64,000 nt of DNA, from the NCBI GenBank assembly GCA_963817955.1, contig CAWFQK010000004.1, positions 1,152,001-1,216,000 of the forward strand. Direction: 5' to 3'. Below are positions 39,906-49,357 of this stretch, in pieces; within the stretch, counting starts at the first letter, position 1, and the number at the start of each line of letters is the position of its first letter. The notes beneath the pieces were generated by a model, which saw only the letters and a list, made by a program, of their open reading frames with translations, was not told the DNA's origin and searched no databases. This stretch comes from an uncultured Gemmatimonadaceae bacterium (GTDB taxonomy: Bacteria; Gemmatimonadota; Gemmatimonadetes; Gemmatimonadales; Gemmatimonadaceae). The position numbers and the translations under genes are program-made.

Positions 39906-40358
39906 TCACTCTGACACGGTGTAGCGCACCTGCACATCAGCGGTCGCGACCGCGACCGTGCCGAAGAGGGGTCACCGCCGCTTGAAACCTTCGATGAGCG
40001 CGGCGGCTCGCGAGGCGTCCGTGCCGAACAGCGTGAACTCGACCTGCACGCTGTTGAATGTCGTGAAGTCGGTGCGCACTTGCTTCGCGCGATCGACCCC
40101 GCCGCGAATCTGCACCGCAACGCCGCGTAACGGCACGCCCTGTTCGCGCGCGAGCACCGGCACCAGCTCGGCACCGCAGGCGGCAACGGCGGAGAGGAAG
40201 ACTTCGGTCGGCGTGACTTCCTCGCCGGGGCAGCCGTTCTGCTCCGGGCCATCGATAATGAAGTGGTGGTTACGCGCGCCGCACAGCACCCGTCCAAACA
40301 CGTCAGTGGACCGGGCGGTGGCGGTGTACTCGCGAAGCGTGGGTGTCGGAGTCGTCAT
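39906..40358 (-). CDS. OsmC/Ohr family protein, probable selenoprotein (in-frame TGA at 39972-39974 read as Sec)
   Basis: P.E.FLSAVAAC first Cys; read-through gives FKRR-U-PLFGTVAVATADVQVRYTVSE*, supplying the conserved second C-P position; hairpin follows the TGA. Confidence 0.85.
39937..39964 (-). promoter_or_regulatory. Bacterial SECIS-like element
   Basis: mRNA UGA-CCCCUCU-UCGG-CA-CGGUCGC-GGUC-GCGACCG-CUGA: 7-bp perfect upper stem with a GGUC loop 20 nt after UGA. Confidence 0.75.
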
Positions 40359-40534
40359 GGCGGGAGGACGTTTGCACAGTTCAGGGCAGCCTGCCTCATA
40401 ATACGTAAGTGGCGCCCGGGCTTTCGGCTATGCCCCACTGGTCGATAGCCGAACGGCAGCCGATAGTCCGCCCCCAGCGAATGCCTCTCCCAAACCGTAG
40501 GTTTAGTAGCTCTTCCTCTCCCCTACTCCATAAT

Positions 40535-43500
40535 ATGCGTCGAATCACCCCGATCCTCGCCGCGGCGCTCGCGCTGGGATTCGCCCAGTTCGCGGCCGGC
40601 CAGCTGCCCCTCCCTGCCGACTCCGTTCTCGTTCGCTCCCTGGCATTTCGTTCGATTGGACCCGCTGTCATGTCGGGCCGCATCGTCGATGTGGCCGTGA
40701 CGGATTCCAAGATTGCCCGCGGCCACATTGGTAACGTCATCTACGCCGCGGCGGCAACGGGTGGCGTCTGGAAGTCCACCAATGCCGGCGTGTCGTGGAC
40801 ACCCGTGTTCGACTCGGTGCGCACCGGTTCCATTGGCGCGGTGGCCGTGGCCCCATCGAATCCTGACATCGTATGGGTTGGCACCGGCGAATCGAACAAC
40901 ATGCGCAGCTCCTCGTGGGGCACCGGCGTCTACAAGTCGATCGATGGCGGACGCACCTGGTCGAGCGCCATGCTCCCCAAGTCGCAGCACGTTGGCCGTA
41001 TCGTCATCGATCCGCGCGACCCGAACGTGGTGTACGTCGCGGCGCTTGGTCCGCTCTGGACGTCCGGGGGTGAGCGTGGTCTGTACAAGACCACCGACGG
41101 GGGAAAGACGTGGACGAACACGAAAGAGATCAGCAAGTACACGGGATTTGCCGAGATCGTGATGGATCCGTCGAACCCCGACGTGCTCTATGCGGCGGCG
41201 CAGGAGCGTGAACGGAAAGAGTACGGCTTTCTGCCCGCGGGCCCGGAGAGCGGCATCTACAAGACGATCGACGCGGGGAAGACGTGGACGCATCTCACGC
41301 AGGGCCTGCCAACCGGCGACATCGGCCGTATTGGCATGAGTGTTTGCACATCGCGCCCGAATGTGGTGTACGCCATGATGCACGCCAATGCGCCGATGAA
41401 CGGTCTCTATCGCAGCGATGACGCCGGAAGCAGTTGGCGCCTGGTGAACGACCAGAACGGCACGGCATGGTACTACAGCCAGGTGCGCTGCGACCCGACG
41501 GACCCCGATCACGTGGTCACGCTCAACGCGGCGTCGCGTGAATCGCACGACGGCGGCAAGACGATGCAGCCCTTTGCCGCGGGCGGTGTGCATAGCGATC
41601 ATCACGTGCTCTGGTTCAACGACGACAACCCACAGCACATGATCCTGGGCGGCGACGGCGGCCTGTACATGACGTGGGACGCCGGGCGCACCTGGGATCA
41701 CGTCGAGAGCATTGTCGCCGGCCAGTTCTACACCGTGGCCGTGGACGATGCGCAGCCGTTCTACAACGTGTATGGCGGCCTGCAGGACAATCAGTCGTGG
41801 GGAGGGCCGAGCCGGACGCGCAATGCGTTCGGGCCGACGAATGCCGACTGGTTCCGTATGGCCGGCGGCGATGGCTTCTATGCCGTGCCGGATCCGCGCG
41901 ACTTCAATTACGTCTACGCCGAATCGCAGACCGGGGGCGTCGTGCGCTACGATGCGCGCACCGGGCAGCAGAAGAACATCAAGCCCGTGCCAAAGGCGGG
42001 TGAGAGACTGCGCTACAACTGGAGCGCGCCAATCCTGCCGTCGCGTCTCGACGCCAAGACGGTGTACATGGCGGCGAACGTGCTCTTCCGCTCGCCCGAT
42101 CGCGGCGACACGTGGGAAGCGATCAGCCCCGATCTCACGCGCAATATCGACCGCAACATTCTGCCGATCCGCGGCGCGAGGCCTGATTCCACGGCGCTCG
42201 GCCGGAACGAAGGGACGGCGGAGTTCAGCAACATCACGACGATCGATGAGTCGCCGTTCCGCGCGACCCTGCTCGCGGTCGGCACCGACGACGGCCTGAT
42301 CCAGGTGACGCGCGACGGCGGCAAGACGTGGACGAGGTCTGACAAGTTCCCCGGCGTGCCAGACACCACGTACGTCAGCCGAGTGTCGTGGTCCAAGGCG
42401 AACGAGGGTACGCTGTACGCGACACTCGACGGCCATCGAAGCAATGACTTCAAACCGTACGTGCTGAAGAGTGCCGATTACGGCAAGACGTGGACGTCGA
42501 TCGCGAGCAATCTCCCCGACGGCGGTTCCGTGCAGGTGATTCGCGAGGATCCGCGGCAGGGCAACCTGCTGTTCGCCGGCACCGAGTTCGGTGTGTACTT
42601 CTCCATCGACGCGGGCGCGAAGTGGACGCAGCTCAAGAGCGGGCTGCCGGGCGTTCCGGTGGACGACATCCAGATCCAGGCGCGAGCGAACGATCTGGTA
42701 CTCGGCACGCACGGACGCGGCATCTACATTCTGGACGACATCACGCCACTCGAGCAGCTCGCGAAGGCGAAGGAATCGACGGTCGCGTTTGTCTATCCCG
42801 TTCAGGACGCGCTGCTCTTCCAGCCAAACGGGAGCCGCACCTCCGGAATGGGTACGCGTGGCTTCGCCGGACAGAACCCTGATCCGGGCGCGCGCATTTC
42901 ATATTTGCTCAAGGACGTGGCGCCTGGCGCGAAGGTGTCGCTGTCGATCCTCGATGCCAGAGGCACAGTCGTACGCGAGCTCCCAGCGAGCAAGACGGCG
43001 GGACTCTATCGCACGATGTGGGACATGCGTGTCGGCCCGCCGCTCACTGGACCGGTGGACACGCTCGCGTTGCAGAACGGTGGTCGCGCGGGTGGTCGCG
43101 GTGCCGCTGGTGGTGGTGGTGGTGGTGGTGGTGGTGGTGGATTTGGTGGCGGCCGGGGCGGCGCCGGTGATCCGACGTTCCAGACGATTCCTGGCCGTTA
43201 CGTCGCGCGCCTCACGATCGCACCGACGACGGGTACGCCGACGGTGCTCGAGCAGTCGTTCAACCTGACGAAGGATCCAATGGTCGTGCTGAGCGAGACG
43301 GAGCTCAAGCAGCTCTACGCGTTCCGTCTCGACGTCGTCAGCGCTCAGCGTTCGTTACGCGAGAAGCAGGCACAGCTCGACACGGCGCAGCGTCTCTATG
43401 CGGCCGCGAAGCGCGCCGCCGATACATCGGGCGCAAAGGTGACGCCCGCGATCAAGGCGCAGCTCACCGCCGTTGAGAAGGAGCTGGCGGACATCACGCA

Positions 43501-43921
43501 CGAAATTGGCGCAGCACAGGGCGCGGGACGCGGCGGACGTGGCGGCCCCCCGGCCGGCGGTGCTCCTGCCACCAACGCCAGCGCACCTGCCGGCCGCGGT
43601 CGCGGCGCCAGCGCAGTCCAGGCGGGCGCGCCAGCCGCCGGGCGTGCTACAGGCGCGGGAGCCGGAGCCGGAGGCGTGACTGACGAAGAGCAGAATCCCA
43701 CCGCACCAGCCGCGCCGCAGAACATACAGGCGAGACTCGGCACAACGACGGAAATGCTCAACGTACCATTCAACCCGAGTCCCGCGCAGAAGAAGACGCT
43801 ACAGACCGTACCCGCCGAGCTGGCGAAGCAGAGCGAACGTGTGAAGAAAGTGACGAGCGATCAGCTCCCAGCTCTCATCAAGGCGTTGAAGGACGCGGGG
43901 GTTGAGGTCAAGCAACTGTAG
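40535..43921 (+). CDS. Secreted VPS10/BNR-repeat beta-propeller protein
   Basis: RSIGPAVMSGRI; many S.D.G.TW BNR repeats; GGLQDN; C-terminal helical and Gly/Arg-rich region. Confidence 0.9.
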   Translation: MRRITPILAAALALGFAQFAAGQLPLPADSVLVRSLAFRSIGPAVMSGRIVDVAVTDSKIARGHIGNVIYAAAATGGVWKSTNAGVSWTPVFDSVRTGSIGAVAVAPSNPDIVWVGTGESNNMRSSSWGTGVYKSIDGGRTWSSAMLPKSQHVGRIVIDPRDPNVVYVAALGPLWTSGGERGLYKTTDGGKTWTNTKEISKYTGFAEIVMDPSNPDVLYAAAQERERKEYGFLPAGPESGIYKTIDAGKTWTHLTQGLPTGDIGRIGMSVCTSRPNVVYAMMHANAPMNGLYRSDDAGSSWRLVNDQNGTAWYYSQVRCDPTDPDHVVTLNAASRESHDGGKTMQPFAAGGVHSDHHVLWFNDDNPQHMILGGDGGLYMTWDAGRTWDHVESIVAGQFYTVAVDDAQPFYNVYGGLQDNQSWGGPSRTRNAFGPTNADWFRMAGGDGFYAVPDPRDFNYVYAESQTGGVVRYDARTGQQKNIKPVPKAGERLRYNWSAPILPSRLDAKTVYMAANVLFRSPDRGDTWEAISPDLTRNIDRNILPIRGARPDSTALGRNEGTAEFSNITTIDESPFRATLLAVGTDDGLIQVTRDGGKTWTRSDKFPGVPDTTYVSRVSWSKANEGTLYATLDGHRSNDFKPYVLKSADYGKTWTSIASNLPDGGSVQVIREDPRQGNLLFAGTEFGVYFSIDAGAKWTQLKSGLPGVPVDDIQIQARANDLVLGTHGRGIYILDDITPLEQLAKAKESTVAFVYPVQDALLFQPNGSRTSGMGTRGFAGQNPDPGARISYLLKDVAPGAKVSLSILDARGTVVRELPASKTAGLYRTMWDMRVGPPLTGPVDTLALQNGGRAGGRGAAGGGGGGGGGGGFGGGRGGAGDPTFQTIPGRYVARLTIAPTTGTPTVLEQSFNLTKDPMVVLSETELKQLYAFRLDVVSAQRSLREKQAQLDTAQRLYAAAKRAADTSGAKVTPAIKAQLTAVEKELADITHEIGAAQGAGRGGRGGPPAGGAPATNASAPAGRGRGASAVQAGAPAAGRATGAGAGAGGVTDEEQNPTAPAAPQNIQARLGTTTEMLNVPFNPSPAQKKTLQTVPAELAKQSERVKKVTSDQLPALIKALKDAGVEVKQL

Positions 43922-43922
43922 T

Positions 43923-44327
43923 GGGACACGGGACACGGGACACTGAAACTCACAACTCACGACTCACAACTGGACACCCGAACCTCGCCGACCGGCGATA
44001 GTGGCCTGCGAGCCAGGCGCCCTGGTGCGCATGACCCGTATACTCACAACTCACAACTGACAACTGACAACTGACAACTGGTCACTGGTCACTGTACCCG
44101 CGATGGCTGTCATCTTGAGCGAAGGACCTGGGAGATCGGATTGGCTCCGTGTTTTGACCGGCGGGATGTCGCTGGCTGTCCCGTAGCGGTCGGCCCGCCG
44201 GTCGGCGAGTTCCGAGTTTCCAGTTGTGAGTTGTGCGTTGTGAGTTTCCCGTGTCCCGTGTCCCGTGTCCCGTGTCCCGTGTCCCGTGTCCCGTGTCCCG
44301 TGTCCCGTGTCCCGTGTCCCGTGTCCC
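43923..44327. repeat. Composite palindromic intergenic element: ~75 bp imperfect inverted arms built from GGGACAC and CACAACT heptamers around a dispersed core
   Basis: 43923-43997 is the near reverse complement of 44196-44270; (GTGTCCC)x11 at 44251-44327. Confidence 0.85.
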
Positions 44328-44341
44328 GTTACGCGGTCCCG

Positions 44342-45202
44342 CTATGCGTCTAACTCGATTCCCGCCGCACGTACGTTTTCTTCCAGGTGCTTCACCTGTG
44401 ATGTGCCGGGAATGACGAGCATGGCGGGTGAATGGGCGAGGAGCCAGGCGAGGGCGACTTGGAGGGTGCTCACGCCTTTTCGCTTCGCAATCTCCTGAAC
44501 CCATGACGGTGCGCCTCCCTCGAGCGAGCCGGCGGCGAGCGGAAACCAGGGGATGAAGGCCATGTCGTGCTCCTCGCAGTAGATGACGACATCTTCCCAC
44601 TGCCGCTCTGCGACGTTGTACTTGTTCTGCACAGAGGCGATGGGCACCACCTTGCGCGCCGCCTCGATCTCGTCAACACCGACCTCGGACAGACCAACGT
44701 GCCGCACCTTGCCTTCGCGCACGAACTCGGCGAGCGCACCGAATTGCTCGTCGGCCGGCACCTTCGAGTCTATCCGGTGGAGCTGCCATAGATCGATCCG
44801 GTCGAGCTTGAGGCGGCGCAGGCTTCCGTCGAGCGCCTTGCGCAGATACTTGGGATCGCCGTTCGGGGTCCATTTGTTCGGACCGGGCCGCTCGAGGCCG
44901 CCCTTCGTCGCGATGACGAGCCCCGCTGGGTAAGGACGCAGCGCCTCAGCGATGAGATCTTCGGAGACGTACGGTCCGTACGAGTCTGCAGTGTCGATGA
45001 AGTCGACGCCAAGTTCTGTGGCACGCCGCAGGACGCGGATCGCTTCGTCGCGATTTGCGGGCTGCCCCATGATCCCATGTCCGGTGATGCGCATGGCGCC
45101 ATACCCCATGCGATTCACCACAAGGTCGCCGCCGATGGTGATCGTTCCCGCCTGAGCGGCTGGCGTCTTTGCGCGGTCGTTGGTTGCGTCCTGTGTTTGC
45201 AT
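44342..45202 (-). CDS. Aldo/keto reductase
   Basis: [31 protein letters not shown] and IPGTS...HLEEN. Confidence 0.95.
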   Translation of the reverse strand: MQTQDATNDRAKTPAAQAGTITIGGDLVVNRMGYGAMRITGHGIMGQPANRDEAIRVLRRATELGVDFIDTADSYGPYVSEDLIAEALRPYPAGLVIATKGGLERPGPNKWTPNGDPKYLRKALDGSLRRLKLDRIDLWQLHRIDSKVPADEQFGALAEFVREGKVRHVGLSEVGVDEIEAARKVVPIASVQNKYNVAERQWEDVVIYCEEHDMAFIPWFPLAAGSLEGGAPSWVQEIAKRKGVSTLQVALAWLLAHSPAMLVIPGTSQVKHLEENVRAAGIELDA

Positions 45203-45336
45203 CACGAATGCTCCTTGCGTGCTGACGTGTGGGCGCCAAGGTGCACGAAACGATCCTTCGCCGTAAGGGAAGCGGTAACGAATTCCCAACAAGAACCCGA
45301 TAGCGGCCCGATCGCCGTCCTCTCCACCTTCCGCGC

Positions 45337-46158
45337 ATGACTTCAACACGCGATCGCGATTACGTGCTCGGCACGCATGACGAAGAGGTGATGCGCCTGG
45401 GCCTGCAGCACAACGTCTGGCGGCCACGCGCGCTGGCAGCGTGGTATCGCGCGGGCTTCAACGTTGGACAGACCATTCTCGACGTCGGCAGCGGACCGGG
45501 GTATGCAACCCTCGATCTCGCGGAGCTCGTAGGACCAACCGGACGTGTCATAGCGGTCGATCGGTCGCGCCGATTTCTCGACGCGCTGGAGGAGCGCCGC
45601 GATGCCCGTGGACTCGAGCATGTCCGCGTGATCGAAGCCGACCTCGACGACGTGTCCTTCGACGCGGCGAGCGCGGACGGGGCGTGGTGTCGCTGGGTGC
45701 TCGCCTTTGTGCCGCGCCCACGCGACCTGCTGGCGCGCGTCGCACGTGCGCTCAAACCAGGTGCCACGTTTGCAATCCATGAATACTTCGACTACGCCGC
45801 GTGGCATGTCATCCCACGCTCGCCGCTGTTCGAGGAATTCGTCAGCGCGACGATCGACAACTGGCGGCGCAGCGGAGGCGAACCGGACATCGGACTCGAG
45901 CTGCCGCGCTGGCTCGAGGAACTCGGTTTCGAGATCACAGTCATCCGGCCGATCATCGACGTGATCTCCGCCCGCGATTATGCCTGGCAATGGCCGACAA
46001 CCTTCATGCAGATCGGCTTGCAGCGGCTCGCCGAAACGGGCGCGATTCCACAAGATCGCGCCGCATCGATCGGCGCCGAGCTACGTCAGATTTCCGACTC
46101 GACAACGGCACGAATGATTACGCCTGGAGTGCTCGAGGTGGTGGCGCGGAAACGGTGA
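45337..46158 (+). CDS. Class I SAM-dependent methyltransferase
   Basis: [14 protein letters not shown] and ALKPG. Confidence 0.92.
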   Translation: MTSTRDRDYVLGTHDEEVMRLGLQHNVWRPRALAAWYRAGFNVGQTILDVGSGPGYATLDLAELVGPTGRVIAVDRSRRFLDALEERRDARGLEHVRVIEADLDDVSFDAASADGAWCRWVLAFVPRPRDLLARVARALKPGATFAIHEYFDYAAWHVIPRSPLFEEFVSATIDNWRRSGGEPDIGLELPRWLEELGFEITVIRPIIDVISARDYAWQWPTTFMQIGLQRLAETGAIPQDRAASIGAELRQISDSTTARMITPGVLEVVARKR

Positions 46159-47275
46159 GCGGCGTTGGCCCGCGCTCGGCAATGAGGCGCAGCAGGTCGT
46201 TGTACACGCCGGCGGCGGTAACCGCCGGCCCGGCTCCTGGCCCGGTGATGACGAGTGGCTGCGCCTTGTAGCGCCTCGTGGTGAAGGAGAATTGGTTGTC
46301 GGTCCCATGCAGCAGGCTGAGCGGATCAGTCGCCGGTACTTCGGCCAGTCCCACGCGGACACTGCGACGGGTGGCGCGAGCGCGATAACGCAACACCGCA
46401 CCGCGCGAACGCGCCGCCTCCACTCGCGCCGCCCAAACAGCGTCGAGCTCAGGCATGCGTGCCAGGAATTCGTCGATCGCTACGTCCTGCAACGACCGCG
46501 GAACGAGGGATTCGACGCGCACCGCCTCGAGGTCGCCGCGGAACCCGATGATGCGTCCGAGAATCAGCGCCTTGCGCGCAACGTCGAGTCCAGACAGATC
46601 GACGCGCGGATCAGGCTCGGTGTATCCGGCCGCAATCGCATCACGCAGCGCCGTGGAGAAGCTGGTGCCTCGTCCGAGTTGGCCGAAGACGAAACCGAGC
46701 GTGCCCGACGGACAACCCTCGATGGCACTCACACGATCGCCGGCGTCGATCAGTTTGCGCAGTGTGTCGATGACCGGTAGTCCGGCGCCGACGGTGGCTT
46801 CGTGCAGAATTTCAGCACCGCCCGCCCGCGCGATTTCATGAAGCTGGTCGACACGCGCTTGCGCGCCGGCGATCGGCACCTTGTTCGCCAGGATGACGTC
46901 CCACCCACGTTCGAGCACGATCTCGAGGATGTGCTGCGTATCAGCGGCCGTTGCGTCGACGATCACCGGGCGTCCCGCAAGTCTCGCCGACATGAACGCG
47001 ACGGCGTCGGCGGGACTGGCGCGCAGACCGAGCGCGGAGGCATGCAGTGGCTGCCCGCTCTTCTTGTGCGCACAGAGCGCGATCAACGAGCGACGCGACA
47101 GGCCTTGGGGGTCGATCACATAGCCGGTTCGGTCCACCAGTCCGCATACCCGAAGGCGCGACGAAATGCCGTTCTTCGTGGAGGTGAGCTGGCCGAGCAG
47201 CTCTCGGCCGATCGACCCGACGCCCAACAGCACGACGTCGGTACTTCGGAATTCGTATCTGGATAGGTCGCTCAT
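46118..47275 (-). CDS. Stand-alone homoserine dehydrogenase (ThrA/MetL-type HSDH domain)
   Basis: GVGSIG, ANK, EATVGAGLPVI, SGTL, GYTEPDPRVDLSGLDVARK and GPGAG..VTA; GAGGAG RBS before ATG 47275. Confidence 0.92.
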   Translation of the reverse strand: MSDLSRYEFRSTDVVLLGVGSIGRELLGQLTSTKNGISSRLRVCGLVDRTGYVIDPQGLSRRSLIALCAHKKSGQPLHASALGLRASPADAVAFMSARLAGRPVIVDATAADTQHILEIVLERGWDVILANKVPIAGAQARVDQLHEIARAGGAEILHEATVGAGLPVIDTLRKLIDAGDRVSAIEGCPSGTLGFVFGQLGRGTSFSTALRDAIAAGYTEPDPRVDLSGLDVARKALILGRIIGFRGDLEAVRVESLVPRSLQDVAIDEFLARMPELDAVWAARVEAARSRGAVLRYRARATRRSVRVGLAEVPATDPLSLLHGTDNQFSFTTRRYKAQPLVITGPGAGPAVTAAGVYNDLLRLIAERGPTPLTVSAPPPRALQA

Positions 47276-47301
47276 GTCGTTCTCCTCGATCGTTGGCGCA
47301 C

Positions 47302-47338
47302 AAAGAAAAACCCCCGATTCTCGCGCGAGAATCGGGGG
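47302..47338 (-). terminator. Attenuator terminator upstream of homoserine dehydrogenase
   Basis: CCCCCGAUUCUC-GCGC-GAGAAUCGGGGG followed by UUUUUCUUU, about 27 nt before the start codon. Confidence 0.88.
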
Positions 47339-47367
47339 GGGTGAACAGCGGATGCGTGCTCGATGAG

Positions 47368-47460
47368 CTATGTGCGCATGCGTCGTCGTCCGTCCGTTCC
47401 TCTCGCGAGGCAAGCGGCCGCCATGGACATTCGCATCTGCATTTGACACATCGAGATCAT
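47368..47460 (-). CDS. Met-rich leader peptide (30 aa)
   Basis: MISMCQMQMRMSMAAACLARGTDGRRRMRT*: 7 Met, 6 of them in the first 13 codons; ends 30 nt before the terminator. Confidence 0.75.
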   Translation of the reverse strand: MISMCQMQMRMSMAAACLARGTDGRRRMRT

Positions 47461-47484
47461 CGATCGTCTTTGTTGATTGCATGA

Positions 47485-47522
47485 AAACAGAAAAGCCCGG
47501 ACGAGTGACAGCCGCCGGGCTT
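47485..47522 (-). terminator. Hairpin plus U-tract, probably the terminator of the upstream pseudokinase transcript
   Basis: aagcccgg...ccgggctt followed by ttctgtttt on the minus strand. Confidence 0.6.
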
Positions 47523-47620
47523 GTCGCGTTTTAGCACTTTGTTTTACGTGGCGGCAATGGGCGGCAAATCACCACGAGCATTCAGTTGTCCGGAGACATT
47601 AACCCAATTCCAACGATCGG

Positions 47621-49276
47621 TCAAGAGTGCACTGGCGCTGTACGCCCGCCGGTGGTGTCGGATGGCTGCGTATTGGCGCGTAGCATCTGCTCCAACTCTC
47701 TCACACGAGATGGCGACCAGTCAGCGAGGCACTGCGCCCGGACACGCGCGTACACCGGGCCATCCCCTACGTCGCGGCACGCGGCCTCGCGGTCGTTCAT
47801 CCACTTCCGTTGCTCGACACGCAGTTGCTCAACGGATGGCGGGTCGGGGTCGCCGGGCTGCGCATTTGCTCGACGTCGCAACGCCGAGATCAGCCGCTGG
47901 TAGACCGCGTTGAGCGGCCCATCGTTGCGCTCGATCGCCGCGGACAGACAGGCGCGCTGGTCCGCCGCGTCCGGCGCGTCGCACGCGGCGTCCGTGATCG
48001 CGGGCTTGGTCACGAGCGTGTCGAGCGAGACCGGCGGTGTGGGCGCCGGCATGCGGACTATCGGCGGGGTAATGCCGGGCTCGTGACGCCGCGTCGTGGG
48101 CGGCGCGATCGGATTTATCGGATACAGCGGAATGACGGTCGGCGGAATGCTCGCTGGCGGCGCGACCTGCTGCGGCAATGGTGCCATTGGTTGCGTCTCC
48201 GGCGTTGGGATTGGTGAGACGATCACCGGTTGCTGCGGCATGGGTGCGGGTGGCGAGTCGACGATCGCCGTGTCGCCCGGATGCAGCGCAATGTCGCCCG
48301 ACGCGAGGCTGCTGGTGTCGTTCAGCGTGCTACCGATCTCGTCGGAAGACGAGCGTTGGCGCAACAGCACCCCCAGCACACCGAGGATCGCGATCACCGC
48401 CACCGCCGTCGCGACGCGTGCGCCGAATCCGTACGGCCGCTTCACGATGATCACTGCGGGTTCGTCGGACGGCCCCGCCGGCATGGTGGATGCCGCAGCG
48501 GCCGGCATCGCCACCTCGACCGCAGCGCCAAGTGGGGCGAGCGACGCGATGTACGCCGCGACATTGCGCGGCGGAGCGCCGCGGTCGCAACGGATCAACG
48601 CGTCGGTTTCCTCTATGACGTGCGCCGGCAGGCCGGGACGCACGTCGGCGAGTGCCGGCGCCCGAGGTTCATTGCGGCGATGCCCGCTGAGCATCTCGTA
48701 CGCCAACCGCCCGATCGTTGCCGCGTCGTCGCAGGCGTCGGGGAGCGCGCCGGCGCGCAGCGGAACGGGATCGAGCGCCAGCAGCACCCGACCGCTTCCC
48801 TGCTGGAACACGAGCGCGTCCTCCGACACGTAGCGATGCACCACGTTATTGGTGCGCGCCCACTCGAGCACCGATTGCACCTGCTCGAGCGTCGTCGCCA
48901 CACGAGGCAAGGGCATAGGACCGGCGGTATTCACGAGCTGTCCGAGCGTGGAGCCTCGCACGCGCGCGCGCACGATCGCGAATGCGCCGTCGTCCAACCA
49001 CCGCCCCTCGATGACCGGAATCAGATTCGGATGGCGCAGCACGGTCAGCGCGCGCGCGTCCGCTGCGAAATGCGTGAGGCTGTTGTGGTCCCCGGTGCTG
49101 CCTGAACCGCTGGGCGGGCGCACCATCGTGATCGTGACGTCGCGGTTGAGCGCGAGATGCCGCGCGAGATACGTCCGCGAGTCGCCTGATCGGTGGAGCT
49201 CGGTCAGGATCTGATAATCATTCTCGAGCGTGCCCCACGCGGGAAACCGATCGTCCGTCGGGCTCTGCATGTGCAT
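47621..49276 (-). CDS. Ser/Thr pseudokinase - TM - Pro-rich linker - DUF1311/LprI-like domain
   Basis: Y.ILTEL, YLARH..LNRDV and LRHPNL; catalytic motifs degenerate; C-terminal C...LNAVYQRL...EQRKW..R...C. Confidence 0.8.
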   Translation of the reverse strand: MHMQSPTDDRFPAWGTLENDYQILTELHRSGDSRTYLARHLALNRDVTITMVRPPSGSGSTGDHNSLTHFAADARALTVLRHPNLIPVIEGRWLDDGAFAIVRARVRGSTLGQLVNTAGPMPLPRVATTLEQVQSVLEWARTNNVVHRYVSEDALVFQQGSGRVLLALDPVPLRAGALPDACDDAATIGRLAYEMLSGHRRNEPRAPALADVRPGLPAHVIEETDALIRCDRGAPPRNVAAYIASLAPLGAAVEVAMPAAAASTMPAGPSDEPAVIIVKRPYGFGARVATAVAVIAILGVLGVLLRQRSSSDEIGSTLNDTSSLASGDIALHPGDTAIVDSPPAPMPQQPVIVSPIPTPETQPMAPLPQQVAPPASIPPTVIPLYPINPIAPPTTRRHEPGITPPIVRMPAPTPPVSLDTLVTKPAITDAACDAPDAADQRACLSAAIERNDGPLNAVYQRLISALRRRANAQPGDPDPPSVEQLRVEQRKWMNDREAACRDVGDGPVYARVRAQCLADWSPSRVRELEQMLRANTQPSDTTGGRTAPVHS

Positions 49277-49357
49277 CCTGCGCAAAAAAAACCAGTGGCG
49301 CCCGTCCTTCGGACGCCACTGGCAGAGTCATGCGGAAACCGTGCCCGCTCTTCTCAA

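Noticed and set aside
40523..42712. Long antisense ORFs (also 37060-38505, 9572-10957, 59311-60561)
   Set aside because: Typical high-GC shadow ORFs opposite well-supported genes, with no motifs.
47276..47482. N-terminal extension of homoserine dehydrogenase, or a Thr-rich leader (MQSTKT...RTTTH)
   Set aside because: It runs through the terminator with no stop, there is a good RBS at 47275, and the Met-rich frame fits attenuator geometry better.
47340..47560. SAM riboswitch or T-box
   Set aside because: No SAM-I core (AUC..GAG...GCAACC) or T-box UGGNACC motif recognised by eye; an Rfam scan would settle it.
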